Positions 36,236 to 49,310 of a DNA stretch of 64,000 nucleotides are shown in pieces. Within the stretch, counting starts at the first letter, position 1; every line of letters begins with the position of its first letter. The notes under the pieces were generated by a model. It did not search any database and was not told where the DNA came from. It worked only from the letters and a program-made list of their open reading frames with translations. Position numbers and translations under genes: made by a program. The DNA is from Lama guanicoe (taxonomy: Eukaryota). Where the stretch lies: positions 9,383,352-9,447,351 of the forward strand of contig MU053934.1 of NCBI GenBank assembly GCA_013239625.1, given 5' to 3'.

Positions 36236-36799
36236 GCAGCATCTCATGGTTTTAGGGGATTCCATACAACTTGTCCTACTCTATTTAGACCCTCATGGGG
36301 CCCCACAGCACAGTGAGAACGCTTGGCTCAGAGGAGGCAAGAGACTGGCCTGAGGTCACACGGCAGGCTAACCACAGAGCTGGCGTCTGACCCAGGACCC
36401 CAGAGCCTATGCTTGGGCCACCCGCCCACCACCAGAACAGGGAAACTGCATGGTCTGTGTCCCACCTCACTGACCAGGCCTGGGACCCAGGCAACCTGCT
36501 TGCCTCCTCTTCCTTCCCTCACTCCCCTGTTACCATCCACGTCTCCCCAGCACCATGCATAGCACCTGCATAGCCCTCCTGGCCAACCCCAGAGTCCCAG
36601 GGGTGAGGCCCTGGCACCCATCCATCCTCAAGCTCAAGGCAAAGCACATAGCGGGGCAAGACTGACATATCACAGCCCAGGGGACTAATGGACTGGGAGG
36701 GGGCCCACAGGGAGTGCAGGCAGAGGGCCTCAGTTAGAACCAAGGAGGGGTCAGCAGGACAGGGAGGCTGTAGGGAGGGACTTGGGTGGAGGGTGACCA

Positions 36800-37270
36800 G
36801 TGCGGGCCCCTCATAAGAAGGATGCTGAAGGCAGGTCCTGAATGACAAAAGTGAGCCGTGTAAGGGTGCAGGGAACAGTGTTCAGGCAGAGGGAACAGCG
36901 ATGCTAAGGTCCTGAGGAGGGAATGAGCTGGGCATGTGTGGTTTGATGCAGGAGAGTCTCACTGGGTCGTCTTTGGGAGCCTATGGGGAGGATTTTAGAT
37001 TTTACTCTACAAAGATGAAGAGCCCCTGCAGGGTGCTGCTTTGGCTGACATTGGAAAGGACCCTCTGGCTGACCGTAGGGGGTGGTGGAAGCAGGGGGAC
37101 CCACAGGGAGGCTGTTGAAGGGTCTGGGTGAGAAATGCTGATGGCCTCCCAGGGGAGGAGGTGAGTGGCCAGGCTTGGGACACAGTCTGAGGGTGGAGCC
37201 AATGAGACTAGCAGGTGGACTGGGTGAGGAGGTTTAGGGAAAGACAAGCCCAAAAGGATGCCTTAAGTGG
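36800..37270 (-). mobile_element. L2 fragment
   Basis: tcaggcagagggaacagc, ggattttagattttactct, aaaggaccctctggctg. Confidence 0.7.
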
Positions 37271-38335
37271 GGCCTGGGCAGCTGGTGGGGGTGTCACCAA
37301 GAGAGGGGGGAGAGGGTCAGGTTGGGGGGACCCAGGAACTCCCTTGGCCATGGTAGTTTGGGGTGCCCAGGGGGCAGCAGAAGGGGGGCAGGGGCAGCAG
37401 GGGCAGATGGAGCTGGGGCTCCAGGGGGACTGGGCCCCGTCCTTCACTCTCCCAAGTCTCGGTTTCCCCACATAACATGGGAGTGAGCCCAGCGTAGTGG
37501 GTTCCAAACCTTTCTAATGGGAGCTTTTGCCAGAAGGCTCTCCCCAAGGAGCAGATCAGAATGGGGCTGCTGGGACTGAAGTGGGGTGGGGACATGGGAC
37601 AGGCCTGAGGCCCAGCCAGTGGGACACTGCCGGCTAGTGGGCTCCTTGAGCCCCCCACCCCCACCCCACCCGGCCCTCAGGCCCCCACAGCTTCGAAGGG
37701 GGTGGGAGAGTGCTGTGCCCCCCTCAACCATTTATAGGTGGAGAAATGGAGGCCAGGAAGGCCAAGAGACACCCCAGGCCACACCAGGGGCCCCTGGTGT
37801 CACGCAGTGGAGTGGGTACAGTGCCCATGTCCTCCTTGGAGCTGCCCACGCCCCACCCGTGGCTCAGCGACAGGGCCTGGGCAAGTACCCTCTGCCTGAG
37901 CTGCCTCCCAGCTCAGGCTGGGGAGCCCTGGGCGAGGGGGTAGGCAGGAGCAGGGGAAGCCAGCGAGCCCAGAGATGCATCAGATCCCTGTCTGTGCACT
38001 GGAAAGACTGGAAGCCCAGAGGCCCCGCCCCGCCTTGCCTCACCCTCTGCCAGCCTGACCCAGGGCTCTGGGTGGGGGCCTGGCCTGGACCACCTGGGTC
38101 CCATCCAGGCTCTGCTGAGTGACGGCTGGACAGGCCACCTTGCACCCCATGCCTGTTTGTGTACCTGCCGAAGGGAGGTAAGCACATGGCCCACCTGGCC
38201 GGGGCCAGGGCGGCGATGGGGAGGCTCAGAGGGGCTGGCACGCAGGAAACACTCAGTGCGTGGGCGCTGCTTTTATTACCCATCCCAGAGAGGCCCGGAC
38301 CCTGGCCTGGGCGGGCCGGTGGTGGGCGGAGGCCT

Positions 38336-38445
38336 GTGTGTGCGCCGTGTGTGTGTGCGTGTGTGTGTGTGCGCGCACGCCGTGTGCCGTGTGCATGTGT
38401 GTGCGTGTGTGTGCGTGCGCTGTGTGCCGTGTGCATGTATGTGTG
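38336..38445. repeat. Compound (TG)n/(CG)n microsatellite
   Basis: About 110 nt of nearly uninterrupted purine-pyrimidine alternation. Confidence 0.95.
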
Positions 38446-40399
38446 CTGCGCTCCCTCCGCCCCTCTTTCTGCATGTCTCTGTCCTTCCCTCTCAGTTCCT
38501 GCCCCTCTTTCTGAGTCCCTCTGTCCCTCTGTCCCGCTGGCTCTCTCCCGCCCCACCCCAGCCCCTACCCCAGCTGGGCCCCGGCTGAGTCAGTGTCTCC
38601 ATGCTAAGCTCTTCCCTGCCGTTGTCATAAACAGAGCATCGGAAACAGTCACGCCAGGTCCAAACACGCCGGCACACCCGCGCCCGCGGCCTTTGTTCTG
38701 ACCCAGAGGGGCCCTCACACGCCGCCCAGCAGCCCTCCAGTGGGTCGCGGTCCTGCTGGGCTCGGGGGCCCTGGTCTGGAGTGGGCAGAGCCTGGCCGAG
38801 GTCCACGCATCAGGGGGCAGCATGGCCAGAGCCCAGGGGTCTGCATCCCAAGCTGGACTGTCCTTCTAGAAGCTTCCAGCGCTGCCCTGTGGCTCTGGGG
38901 AGGCTGGGAAGGCCTCTCCTTCGGCCCTGGCTTCCAGCAGCCTCTCATGAGGGAGGGCAGCCCCAAGCAGCCGGCCCTCGGAACGCTCCCTCCCTCGTCA
39001 GGGCTGGTGGCAAAACCAACAACTGTCTGTGAGGAGGGACACGGTGGACCCAGAGCCCCGCCCCCCCAGCGGCTGCCCCGACCTGGCACCTGGACCCCTG
39101 CCAGCGCGCAGGGCTGAACTGCAGGTTCGAACCTCTAGTCCTCACTCATGTGTGACCTTGGGCCAGTCAGCCTTCTGTGAGCCTCAGTCTCCCCATATAT
39201 GATGGGTGGACACTGGGACCTGGAATAAGGACATTTGTGACAGGCCTGGCCACAGCAGCCTTGGGAGAAACAGTGCTCCCAAAATTGGTCGCAGGAGGGG
39301 TTCCCCATGGAGACAGGCTCAGGTCCCAGCCAGGCTTTGCCCTTGGAGGTGAAGGTGGAGCCCACCCACCGTGTGATCTGTGTCCTGTTCCATGGACCAG
39401 AGCCCAGAGTCCTGGACCCCTTGTCCATGGAGCCCGGGGCAGAACCCCAGTGCGAGGGCTGAGGAAGCGGTGGGCCTTCCTACTGCTATTCTGAGGACAG
39501 ACCCCAAGTCCCGGTGGAGCCGGGCCCAGCCTCAGCCCTGCCAGAATGTGCGGCTGCGCCCAAGGTCACACCGGGGGCCTCAGGCAGCTGGCCCAGTGGG
39601 GTCTGCTCCCCCAGCAGTGCCCTCGCCCCTCCCAGGCCCTGTCCCTACCCCACAGCCTGTCCTGTGAGTCCCGGCCCTGCCCGGGAGGGTGGAAAATTCC
39701 CATCCTGGACGAGTTCCAGGCAGCCTCCAAGGGGCCATGTGGAAGAACCAACCGCCCAGCCCAAGCCCCCAGCGGGTCCCCCGGGAGGGCCAGAGCCTGA
39801 TCCCCTCCAGAACGGGCGCTCCGGGAGCAAGCTGGCCTTCTGGTGCAGGGGCCGGCGCCCACCCGGGGTGACCAGGGCCTCGTCGCACCCGAACCAGGGG
39901 TGGGCTCGGGTGGCCCTGCTCGGGAAAGTCCTTCCCACCCTGACATTCGAGGCCCCTGTCCCTCATGTCCTAGCTGCCTGGACACCAAGCTTCGAGCCTG
40001 GAAATGTCGTCCCGCTGCCTCAGGCTGGGCCTCCGGGCTGGGGTGGGGGTCGGGAGTGACCAAGACAGACAGCAGCCCCCAGAGCCGGGGCCCAGCCCGG
40101 CCTCCCAGGCCAGTGCAGTCAGCTCACCCAGGACATCCTGGGGACAAGGCTCCAAGAGCAGGGTTAGGTGGCCTTTACCCCACCCGCCGCACCATGCCTG
40201 CCCATACAGCCTGGTGAACAGTAACAGGGTCCGCCAAAGGGAGCCACCCTCACACTCCGCACTGACATCGCCGGTGACCCTCTGCCCTCAGCCGAGCCAG
40301 AGGACAGTGTCCTGGGAGGAGACAGTTGGATCTGGGTTCCAACATCCACTCAGCCTCTGAGCAAGGTGACTCCAGGCAGCTCCTGACCCCTTTGAGAAC

Positions 40400-40655
40400 A
40401 GTGCCACCAGTGGACATCTTACACGAGTCACATAGGTCATTTCAAATTTTCTAGTAGCCACATAAAGATGGGTGATAATTTTGGTAACATTTTCTTTAGC
40501 CAAGATACCCAAATATTACCATTTCAGCATCTCAGTGTAAAAATCATTAAAGAGATCTTTGACTTGCTTTCTTCCTTCCAAGTTGCCGAAAACTGTTGTG
40601 TGTCTTACACTCACGGCTCCTCTCAGCCTGCACGCACCATATTTTAAGTGCCCCC
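40400..40655. mobile_element. hAT-Charlie non-autonomous DNA transposon (MER33-like)
   Basis: ttcaaattttctagtagccacat, caaatattaccatttcagcat, tcttacactcacggc..ttttaagtgc match the MER33 consensus as I recall it. Confidence 0.75.
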
Positions 40656-42699
40656 AGCTGCGTTTCCAGAGGGGACAGAGCCCTTGTCCCTCCTGGGGAG
40701 TAATGTTGCACCTCCCTGTGCCTGGTCTGCAAAGCTGGGCAGGGGCTGGGCACCCAGTAGGTGGGCAGGGGCTGGGCACACAGCAGGTGCACAGGGCCCG
40801 GGAGCTGCCTTTTCTCCTCCAAGAACCCACCAGTGGCCGGTCTGGAAGCCTCCAGACCCTCCCCTCTCAGACTCTGCTCCCTCAGATTGTCCAGAAACTG
40901 GTGGCCTCTGCGGACCTCCTGCTGCTCAGGGATCGCTCCCAATGCAAATCTCACCCCCAAAGCAGACGGGAGCAGAGACAGTGGTGCCACCGCCGGCCCA
41001 GGCAGCCATGTGAGGCTGGATTAGGGGCGGCCCCTATGCCTGGTCATGTCCAAGTGGCACATGATGGGCGGGACTCAGCGTTCCATGTCAGCTCGGGTTG
41101 GGGGCGGGGGCCCAAGTGCACACAGCCATGGTCCCCATGCCTGGTGCCTGGGCTCTGGGCTCGGGCTCGGGCGGGGGTGGGGCAGCAAGTGGAAGGAAGC
41201 CCCTCTCCTGCTCAGAGCCACCTGTGCCTTCTAGGCCTTCTCAGCGCTCACAGCCTTCCAGCCCTGACCCCTTCTCCAGCTTCATGTCTCCCCTCCCTAT
41301 GGTTTGCTCTGGACACTCCCCTCCCGTTCCTGGAAAATCCCGTCCGTTTTCTGGCCTCTGGGCTTTGGCACATGCTGTTCCCTCTACCTGGAGCCCCCTT
41401 CCTTGCTCTCAGCCTGGTCTGGGTCACTCTGATCCTCCCTAGGGTCTCAGCTTACACATCACACCATCACGAAACCCTTGACAAGAGTCCTGACTCTGTT
41501 ACGGTGACTGTTAGAAAGTCCTGCCTTGCTCGGGGTCCCCGGGGGCCGTGAGTTGTCCTTGGAATATGAGGTTCACCCCCGACTCTCCTGTCTCCCCTGC
41601 CTCCTCCCCCATCCCATGGAAGAAGACAGCTGAGTTGGGACACATCCATGCACCCCCTCCCCACAAGCTCAGTTCCAGGTTACAGAAGAGACAGGTAGGA
41701 GGGGCCAGGTTGGCCCAGCCTTGCTCTGTAGATGAGGAAATAAGCCTGGGGTGGGCTCGGGTGGCCAGAGGGTGGAGGCTGCCAAGCGTGAGGGGGGACA
41801 ATGATGGTGGAGAGGGGACCTAGGATGGGCCTCAACTCCCCGGAAGAAATAGAGCACCGGTGCCAGAGCAAAGCCAGCGCAGGGTCGTCACGAGGAAGGT
41901 CTGTCTTACATGGAGTAGTAAGCTCCCCATCCCTGGAGGCATACAAGCAACAGCACAGGTGCAGGAAAAGGAGCTGGAACCATGTACAGGGGCTGATTTG
42001 AGCCTTTAGAGCATTTCCCTTCAGCTCTCAAGATTTAGGCATGGTCCAAAGTCACAGGCAAGGCCTGAAGGGGGCCTGTCCCACCCACCCAGGCCATCCC
42101 CCCTCTCAGGGCCAATCATTAATTGGCACCGCTCGAGTGGCTGCTCCCACGAGTGCCCCCGGCTGCCTGCCAGCTCATGGCCCAGCTCCCATCCGGGGCA
42201 CCCGCATGCCTCTGACGTGGGCCGGCCTCACAGCTCGGCCCCACTTCCTGCTTGTGACTCCCAGCAGCTGGGCCCAGGGAGGGCAAGGTGCACGCTCAGA
42301 CCACCATCACAGCTCCCAGCGGGACTCCTACTGCCTACAGGACCCAGCCCAGCTCAGCCTGCAGCCAGAGCCCTCCTAGCGGAGCGCGGGGTCCTCCTCA
42401 GATGGTAGTGAGGAGCCGGGGAGGGCTTCAGGCCGGGCGGGAGACCCCGGGGGGCAGAGCGCAGGGGGAGCCTTTGGCAGGTGCAGAGCTGGTGTGGGGC
42501 TGAGAGACCCCGGGAGGATGAGGCACCAGGATGTGACTTCAGCCTGGTTGTGGATGAGGAAAAGCCAGGAGGGCTGAAAGAGGCATTCCCCTGCCTGCCC
42601 AGAAGGGAACTGAGATGTGAATAAGCAGAGCAGAGGGGAAGGGCCTCCCGGGGTGAGAAGCAACAGGAGCAAAGTCCCCAGGAGGGAACGAGCCAGCAA

Positions 42700-43110
42700 G
42701 CTCAGGGAAGGGGAAGGTCGGCTGTGACTGAAGCTCTAGCTTTGAAAGGGATGGCAAGAGGCAGGGGTGAGGTATGGCAGGAGCTACTCAGACTTCAAGC
42801 TAAAAACTTTATCCTGGGCAATAGGGAGCTACTGCAGGTTTTGGAGGAAGGGAGTGACACAGCATGGTCAGGACTGGGTAGGAGTCGGAGGAAGGAATTG
42901 ACAGCTGCCAGAGGAGGGCCAGTGAGGCAGGCCCTGTGGTGGCCAGGAGAGAGAGTGGAAGGATGGACAGGAGGAGCAACATCAGGTTTCTGCTGAGACG
43001 ACTGGGTGCTCAGTCCAGCGGGGAAGGCTGAGGATGGAGATTTAAGCAGTAAGATGCTGAGCATGTCGAGCCAGAGGCTCCCATGGGTCAGCTCGACAAG
43101 TGGTCCACAG
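42700..43110 (-). mobile_element. L2 fragment
   Basis: ctttatcctgggcaatagggagctactgcaggttttggaggaagggagtgaca. Confidence 0.65.
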
Positions 43111-45489
43111 GGAGTGGCCACACTGGCCTTGGCCCCAGGGGAGAGCTGACAGGGGCGGGGCTGGGAGGAGCAGCCAGAGAGGAGGCCCAGGCCGGCTGGG
43201 GCCCAGCCAAGGAGGAGGGCTCAGTTGGCCACACGAAGGTCACGAACGGCCTGAACGAGGGTGGTGGGAGAAAGAAAATAAAGGACGGGGACAGTGGGTG
43301 TGGCCATCTCTGCGGAAAAGTTTGCCCCTGAAATGCTCATGCAAGTGAGAGGGGGTGTCTTGGGTGAAGCAGAGCCTGAGATGCCCGACCCTGCAGGGAG
43401 CCCATGAGGAGCATCACAGTGCAGCCCCGCCTTCCCGCACAAGGCGGCTTTATACCTCCGCAACCCCGTGGGCAGAGGGCTGGTCTCCAAGAAGGAACAG
43501 CAGTGAGATGGGAGCTGAGATCCTTACAGCACCAAGGGATGCTCAGAAAAAGTGACCTGTGTTCGCTATCGGGGGGCCAGTCGCTGGCAGGAGGGCCAAC
43601 GCTGCTCCTCTGGTTTTTGGAGGGTTCATAGGAGCCTGGCATTTACTGAGGCGCTGTTGGCGAACCTCCCTGCCTGGGGTCTGGCCCTGAGGAGAGGCTC
43701 AGAGCAGCCAGGTCTCCCTCACCGCCTAGGTCTCAAGGTCCTGCATGAAGGGTGATCTCACACCTCTCTTCAGGCCACGGGACCGTTTCCCCTGCCCCCC
43801 CTCTTTTGCACAGTGAGGCAGTGAGGGCTACCCAAAACGGGGAGGAGACTGGATATGAACCCAGCTTCACCGTGGGCCCACGGGCAACCACACAACTTCC
43901 CTGGCCTCAGCATCCATAGCTGTGCAGTGGGCATGCTCACAGCTGCCTCGGAGCCCCGGAGTCTTGCGGGGGGGCGGGAACCACACAGGCAAGTGGGCAC
44001 CTGGCATGAAGCGGGCACAGGTGCCGACACCCTCCCAACTGCGGGGGAGGGGGCAGGTAGCCCCACCCTCTCCTGCTGGCACCTGGAGGGAGGAAGCTGC
44101 ACTTGGGTGGTGGGGCCCCAGGGAGGGGGCGGTGCCACTGTCCTGGCTGTGCCAGGTGCCACCCACAGGCTGCTCACCGCAAAGGGGCCCCTGGGGGCTT
44201 CCCCCTGTGCCTCCCCCAGCCCCACACAGGCGTTCCAAGCCCTGAGGAGCTCAGCCCTGGCCTGCGTCCCGGCAGCTGTGGCTCTGCTCGGCAGGCAGGC
44301 TCCCTGGCCCTCTGGGAACGGAAGGACACATTGTACCCACACGTTTGGAGGCCCACCTGTGCCCGCAGGTTGGTGTCGGGGTAACAGGGCACCCCTTGCA
44401 CGCCCAGTGCTGGGCCCTGTCACCACTCTCCACCCTCTGACCCTCACAGTGGCCTGGAGGGGCAGAGCCTTTCACCAGCCCCGCCCTCACTCTCACAACA
44501 GCCGTTGACTAGGCACCTACTGCATACAGGCCCTGGGCACCCAGATGGAGGGACTGCTGGAGCAGAACTCCTGTTACAAATGAGGAAACTGAGGCCCTGA
44601 AGGCCACACAGTGGCTTCCATGCAGGTCAGACTCAGTAAGTCCCAATTTCCCTCTAAGTCCTCAGTCTCCTTCCCTGGAAAATGGGCGCTACGAAGCCTC
44701 CCCCAGGGCCGTGAGGACAGGGAATGGGGCGTGTGGCCCAGGCTCTGTGCAAAGCCCAGCGGGGCGCAGCCAGCAGAAATCTTGCCACCCTCTTGATGTG
44801 TTCTGGTGGCTGCCACTGCCCATGGAAATGGAGGCCCACCCACTTCCATAGTCCCGACTCCCTCTGTGCACCCCACCCACCCCGCCTGCAGCCAGCCAGA
44901 CTCCTCGCTGCCCCGAGGCGTCCCACCACAGTGTCGCTCGTGCCTCTGCTCACACTGTTCCCTCTGCCCAGAATCCTTTCCACTCTCGGAGCCACAGCCA
45001 CACTTATGCAGCACTCCCTGGGGACCGGGCACCAGTCACCCTGCAGAAGCTGTTACTCTTACCCCATTTCCAGACACAGACACGGAGACACAGAGAGACA
45101 AAGCCTGACACCAAGGTGCTCTAACACTGCCCCGCCTTGCCCACTGCCACCCTGCCCGCTCACATCCACACCAGGACGGTGTTCCCCAGCCCGACATCCA
45201 GAGCAAGCGCCCTCGTCCATTCATGCAGACTGGCTCCTGTCGACACCTCCCTTGTCCCAGATGTGACGGGGTCCCAGAGGGCCAGGCCAGGTCGGGGTTT
45301 CCCTGGGGTCCTGGGAGTCCAGCAGGCCAGGCCCAGAGAAGTGCTACGACAGCAAAGACATCGTCCAGCGGTTGCAGAAAAGGGAGTGTGGGCAGCCTGG
45401 CCTGGCCCTCCGTGGGCAGGTGGGTGGCCTGGCCCCCAGCACCCAGAGCACCGACGGCAGGGTCCCCGCGAGCCCAGAGGCTCCCTTAC

Positions 45490-45716
45490 CTACTCGGAGC
45501 TCTTGCCCAAAGACAGTCTTCTCGCCGAGGGCAGAGCAGTTCCAGCGTCCGAAGCGGAACTGGTACTGGCACTCGTTGATGCCCATCTGGGCCCCCTCCC
45601 CGATCACGATGATGGCATCGGGCCGGCTCTGGCAGATGGCGCGCTGCCGTGGGGCCAAGCCGGGGATCTTGTTGCAGATGATGTTGGCTCCCAGGGCCAC
45701 GACGGACGACAGCGCT
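45490..45716 (-). CDS. WNT7B: WNT7B exon 2 (227 nt): [75 protein letters not shown](G)
   Basis: Translation inside ORF 45344..46033 matches the Wnt7b N-terminal domain as I recall it. Acceptor ctccctgcag|AG at 45717/45716, donor GTAG|gtaagg at 45490/45489. Phases join correctly to exon 3. Confidence 0.98.
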
Positions 45717-46609
45717 CTGCAGGGAGGAGGGCATGGAGGAGTTGAGAAGGCTGGGCAAGACCCCTCCTTCCCTAGTCGGTCTCCGTCTGCAAACGTGTTC
45801 CAGGAGCCCACCGCGTGCCAAGCTCTGCCCTCCAGGGAACACAGCGCAGATCCCTGCCCTCCGGGGGCCACGTTCCACTGACCCACACGCATGATTCTGG
45901 CTTGAAAAGGCACACACGCCTGCCCTCTCTCAGCCTCAAAATCACAAGAACATGATTGCAAGAACCATGAATCAACCAACAGTCCCACGGAATGCAAGAA
46001 CCACGGCTCTCCATGCTTCGGAATCAGATACACAGACCCTTCCAGGATTCGACAACCATTAACCTGGAACTGTCCACAGCTGCCCCCTCAAGTAGCGCAT
46101 CCCAACTCCCAGACAACTGAGGCTTTTCCATCACTTGGCAATCCCTGGGTCCCCGCTTCCCAGGGCTGCCTGGGCCAGACTGGGAGCCAAGCCCACCAGG
46201 TCCTGACTCCAGCCGCAGCCCATGTGTGACCGTGGGAAGACACTCTGCCTCTCTGAGCCTCAGTTCTCACACCTGTGACATGGGGTACAAACACTGGTTC
46301 CCAGCACCATCGCCACACAGTCTCAGACCAGGGAACTGCAGGGAGAAAGCGACACGCGTGCGGATGACTCTCAATACTCCCTAGTTTCTGGACGACTGGG
46401 TGCCCTCAGGGGAGAAAGCAGGGCTGACGCAAACTGAGCACCTACTGTGCGCTGGACTCAGCAGGATGCTTTATTGCAACATCACATCCTCATGCGGTCC
46501 CCTGAGGGTGCTCTGTGATTAACCTCCTGGTACCCTCCGGGAGCTGAGGCCCCAGGCAGGAGGACACAGGCTGGGCTCACTCCCTCTTCACCTGGGTGTT
46601 ATCAGTGTG

Positions 46610-47215
46610 GTTCTTTGTTTGTTTAAGGAGGTGAAATCCACATAGCAGAACGGTAACCGCTGTAAAGTTGTACAGCACTGGGTACATTCACAGTGTTGTT
46701 CAAACACCACCTCTGCCGAGTTCCGAGGGGCTGTCACTTCCCCAGGAGGAAACCCCGTATCCCTTAGCAGTCACTTCCCTTTACTCCTCCCCCAGCCCCT
46801 GGCGACCACTAATCTGCCTTCTGTGCCTGTGGATTTGCCTGTTCTGGACATTTCTTATAAATGGAATCATACAACATGTGACCTTTTGTGCCTGGCTCCT
46901 TTCACTTAGTATGGTGCGCTCAAGGTTCACCCACGTTGTCTCATGAATCAGCACTTCCTTCTTTTTATGGCCAAGTAACATTCCATTGTCTGGAGAGACC
47001 ACATTCTCTGTGTCCATTCATCACTGATGGACACTTGGGTTGGTTCCACCTTTTGGCTCTTGTGAATGATGTTGCCCTGAACACGTGCACACAAGTTTCT
47101 GAGCACCTGTTGTAAGTTCTTCGGGGCAGGTACCTAGGAGTGGAATTGCTGGGTCCCGTGGTGGTTGTGCTTTTTGAGGAACTGCCAGACGGTTTCCCAC
47201 AGAAGCTGCACCAGT
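46610..47215 (-). mobile_element. L1 (L1MB-like) 3' fragment in intron 1, sense to WNT7B
   Basis: ggatttgcctgttctggacatttc..aatggaatcatacaacatgtgaccttttgtg..tttcacttag, gatggacacttgggttggttccaccttttggct, acctaggagtggaattgctgggtc. Confidence 0.92.
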
Positions 47216-48419
47216 TGGTTTTAAGCACCAGAGGAGATGGGGCGGTGAGCTAAGGGTGGGGGTGCTGGTTCCTGTAGAGCTACGGGCATGAGGTGGGTTT
47301 CAAGACAGCGTCTGGCTTCAAACAACAGAACAGGGGGCAAAAGGTGGAAGTGGGGAGGCCACGAGGGGCTCCCCAAAGCTGATGCCCAGGCCCCAGCCTC
47401 CTGGCTCAGTGAGCTCCCTCCTTCTGCCCACGGCCTGCCAACCCTTTTCTTGAGAGAAACGAGTCAGTGTTTTTCCAGGGCAGCCGAGCACCCACAGCCA
47501 GATGGGAAAGTCCCCGTGTGGCATGAGCCCACAGCACGTGCTGCGACCAGAACGCCGCGGTGACACTCAATCCCCGTGGCCCGCCCGCCCCGCCCACTAA
47601 TCTGGCCAAGACCCCCCTGGGTCTCCCACGGGCACAATGGGCAGAAATGCCCAAGGCTGGCGTGGAGGAAGAGCATCTGGTCGGGTGGGGCTGGGAGCGG
47701 GCTGGAATCTGGGGAATTCAGCCCCAAGTAATTGTAGATGCTCAGAAAACCGACCCGAGGAAATGAGATGGATGGGAACCCTGCCGGGCACCAGCCTCCA
47801 GGCCTCGGGCGGGAGCCCGGACGCTAAAAGCACGTTCCCAGATTCTTCCAGCAGGCTCTAGGCTGCAAAGGCCCCGGTGCCAGCGTAAGAGCCCCTGCTC
47901 CTGGGGGTAAGAGTTCAGACAAACTGGGCCATGGGGGAGCCCCAGTGGGACTTGGGATGGACCCGGGGGCAGAAACTGATTACTGCAGCTCTGGTCTCCC
48001 TCCTCCAGGCAGGCCACCCCAGCCTGCACCCCCTCCCATCCCGCTCAGAGCCCGCCCGTAGCCCCCCCCTAGCTCCTTTCCTCAACCTGGAGGCCTCTTG
48101 GGACTGGCCTGACAAGCTGCTGCCTCTGCGTGTGCTTGTCCCTCTGCCTGGGAGGCCGCCCTCCCTCCCTTTTTCTGTCTGACAAACTCTCCTTCCCTTC
48201 CAGGGCCAAGTTCAAGCCTCCAGGCACTGAGGACATGCACAGTGGACACTTGTCACCCCCGGTCTCACTGTCATTGTTCCACGCCCAGCTCCCCCACCAG
48301 CCCACACAAACCTCAAGGGCAGTGCCAGCTCTGAGCTGACCCTGGGGCCTCGGGCTGCCTCGTGCAGCCAACTATGAGTGTGTGTGGACAGGATGGATGA
48401 AAGAACGAATGAGCAAACA

Positions 48420-49310
48420 CTCAGGGATTATGTCTAAAAGAGCTTCTGCAACTCAGTCACAAGAAGACAGTCCAATTTAAAAATAGGTGAAGGCCTTAGA
48501 CATTTCTTCAGAGGGACAAATGGCCAGTGATCACGGAAAAGATTCTAAACATCACTCATTAGGGAAACACAAATCAGAAACACAGAGAGGTGCCACCTCA
48601 GAGCCACTAGGACGGCTGTGATCAAAACAACAGAAAACAACACATGTTGTCAAGGATGTGGGGAAACTGGAACCCTCGTGCATTGCTGGTGGAATTGTAA
48701 AATGGTCCAGCCGCTGTGGGCGAGAGTTGGAAAGGTCCAACTCAAAAAGGTAAACACAGAATGACCATAGGACCCAGGAATCCCACTTCTAGGCGTATAT
48801 CCGAAAGAACGAAGGCAGGTGTTCAAACAAAAACCTGTACACAAACGTTCATAGCAGCGCTAATCACAATAGCCCAAAGGAGGAAATAACCCAGATGTCC
48901 CTCAACGGCTGGGTGGCTAAACAGAATGTGGTCTACCCAGACAATGGAATATTACTTGGTCATAAAAAGGAATGAAGTCCAAAGATATGCTACATGGATG
49001 AACCCCAGAAACATTATGTTCAGTGAAAGAAGCCAGACACAAAAGGCCACATCTTGTCTGATTGCTCGTGTATGAAATGCCCAGCAAAGGTGGATCCACA
49101 GAGACAGGGACAGGGGCTGGGGGAGGGGGAATGGGGAGTCACTGCTTAATAGATGTGGAATTTCCAACTGGTGTTACGGAAAAGCTACAGAATTAGGGGG
49201 AGGTGATGGTTACACAACTTGTGAATGTACTTAACACCACAAAATTATATCCTTGAACGTGGTTAAAGTGGCGAATTTTGTGTTAAATGAATTTGAAACA
49301 CAGATTTTAA
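48420..49310 (+). mobile_element. L1 (L1MB-like) 3' fragment in intron 1, antisense to WNT7B
   Basis: cattagggaaacacaaatcagaa, ggaaactggaaccctcgtgcattgctggtgg, caatggaatattac, cagtgaaagaagccagacacaaaaggccac, gtgaatgtacttaacaccac. Confidence 0.92.

Noticed and set aside
37864..38701. His/Thr-rich and Cys/Val-rich ORFs
   Set aside because: Translations of the TG/CA microsatellite.
22672..45716. Assignment as WNT7A or a pseudogene
   Set aside because: Residues such as [21 protein letters not shown] and [16 protein letters not shown] are Wnt7b-type. Splice sites and frame are intact.
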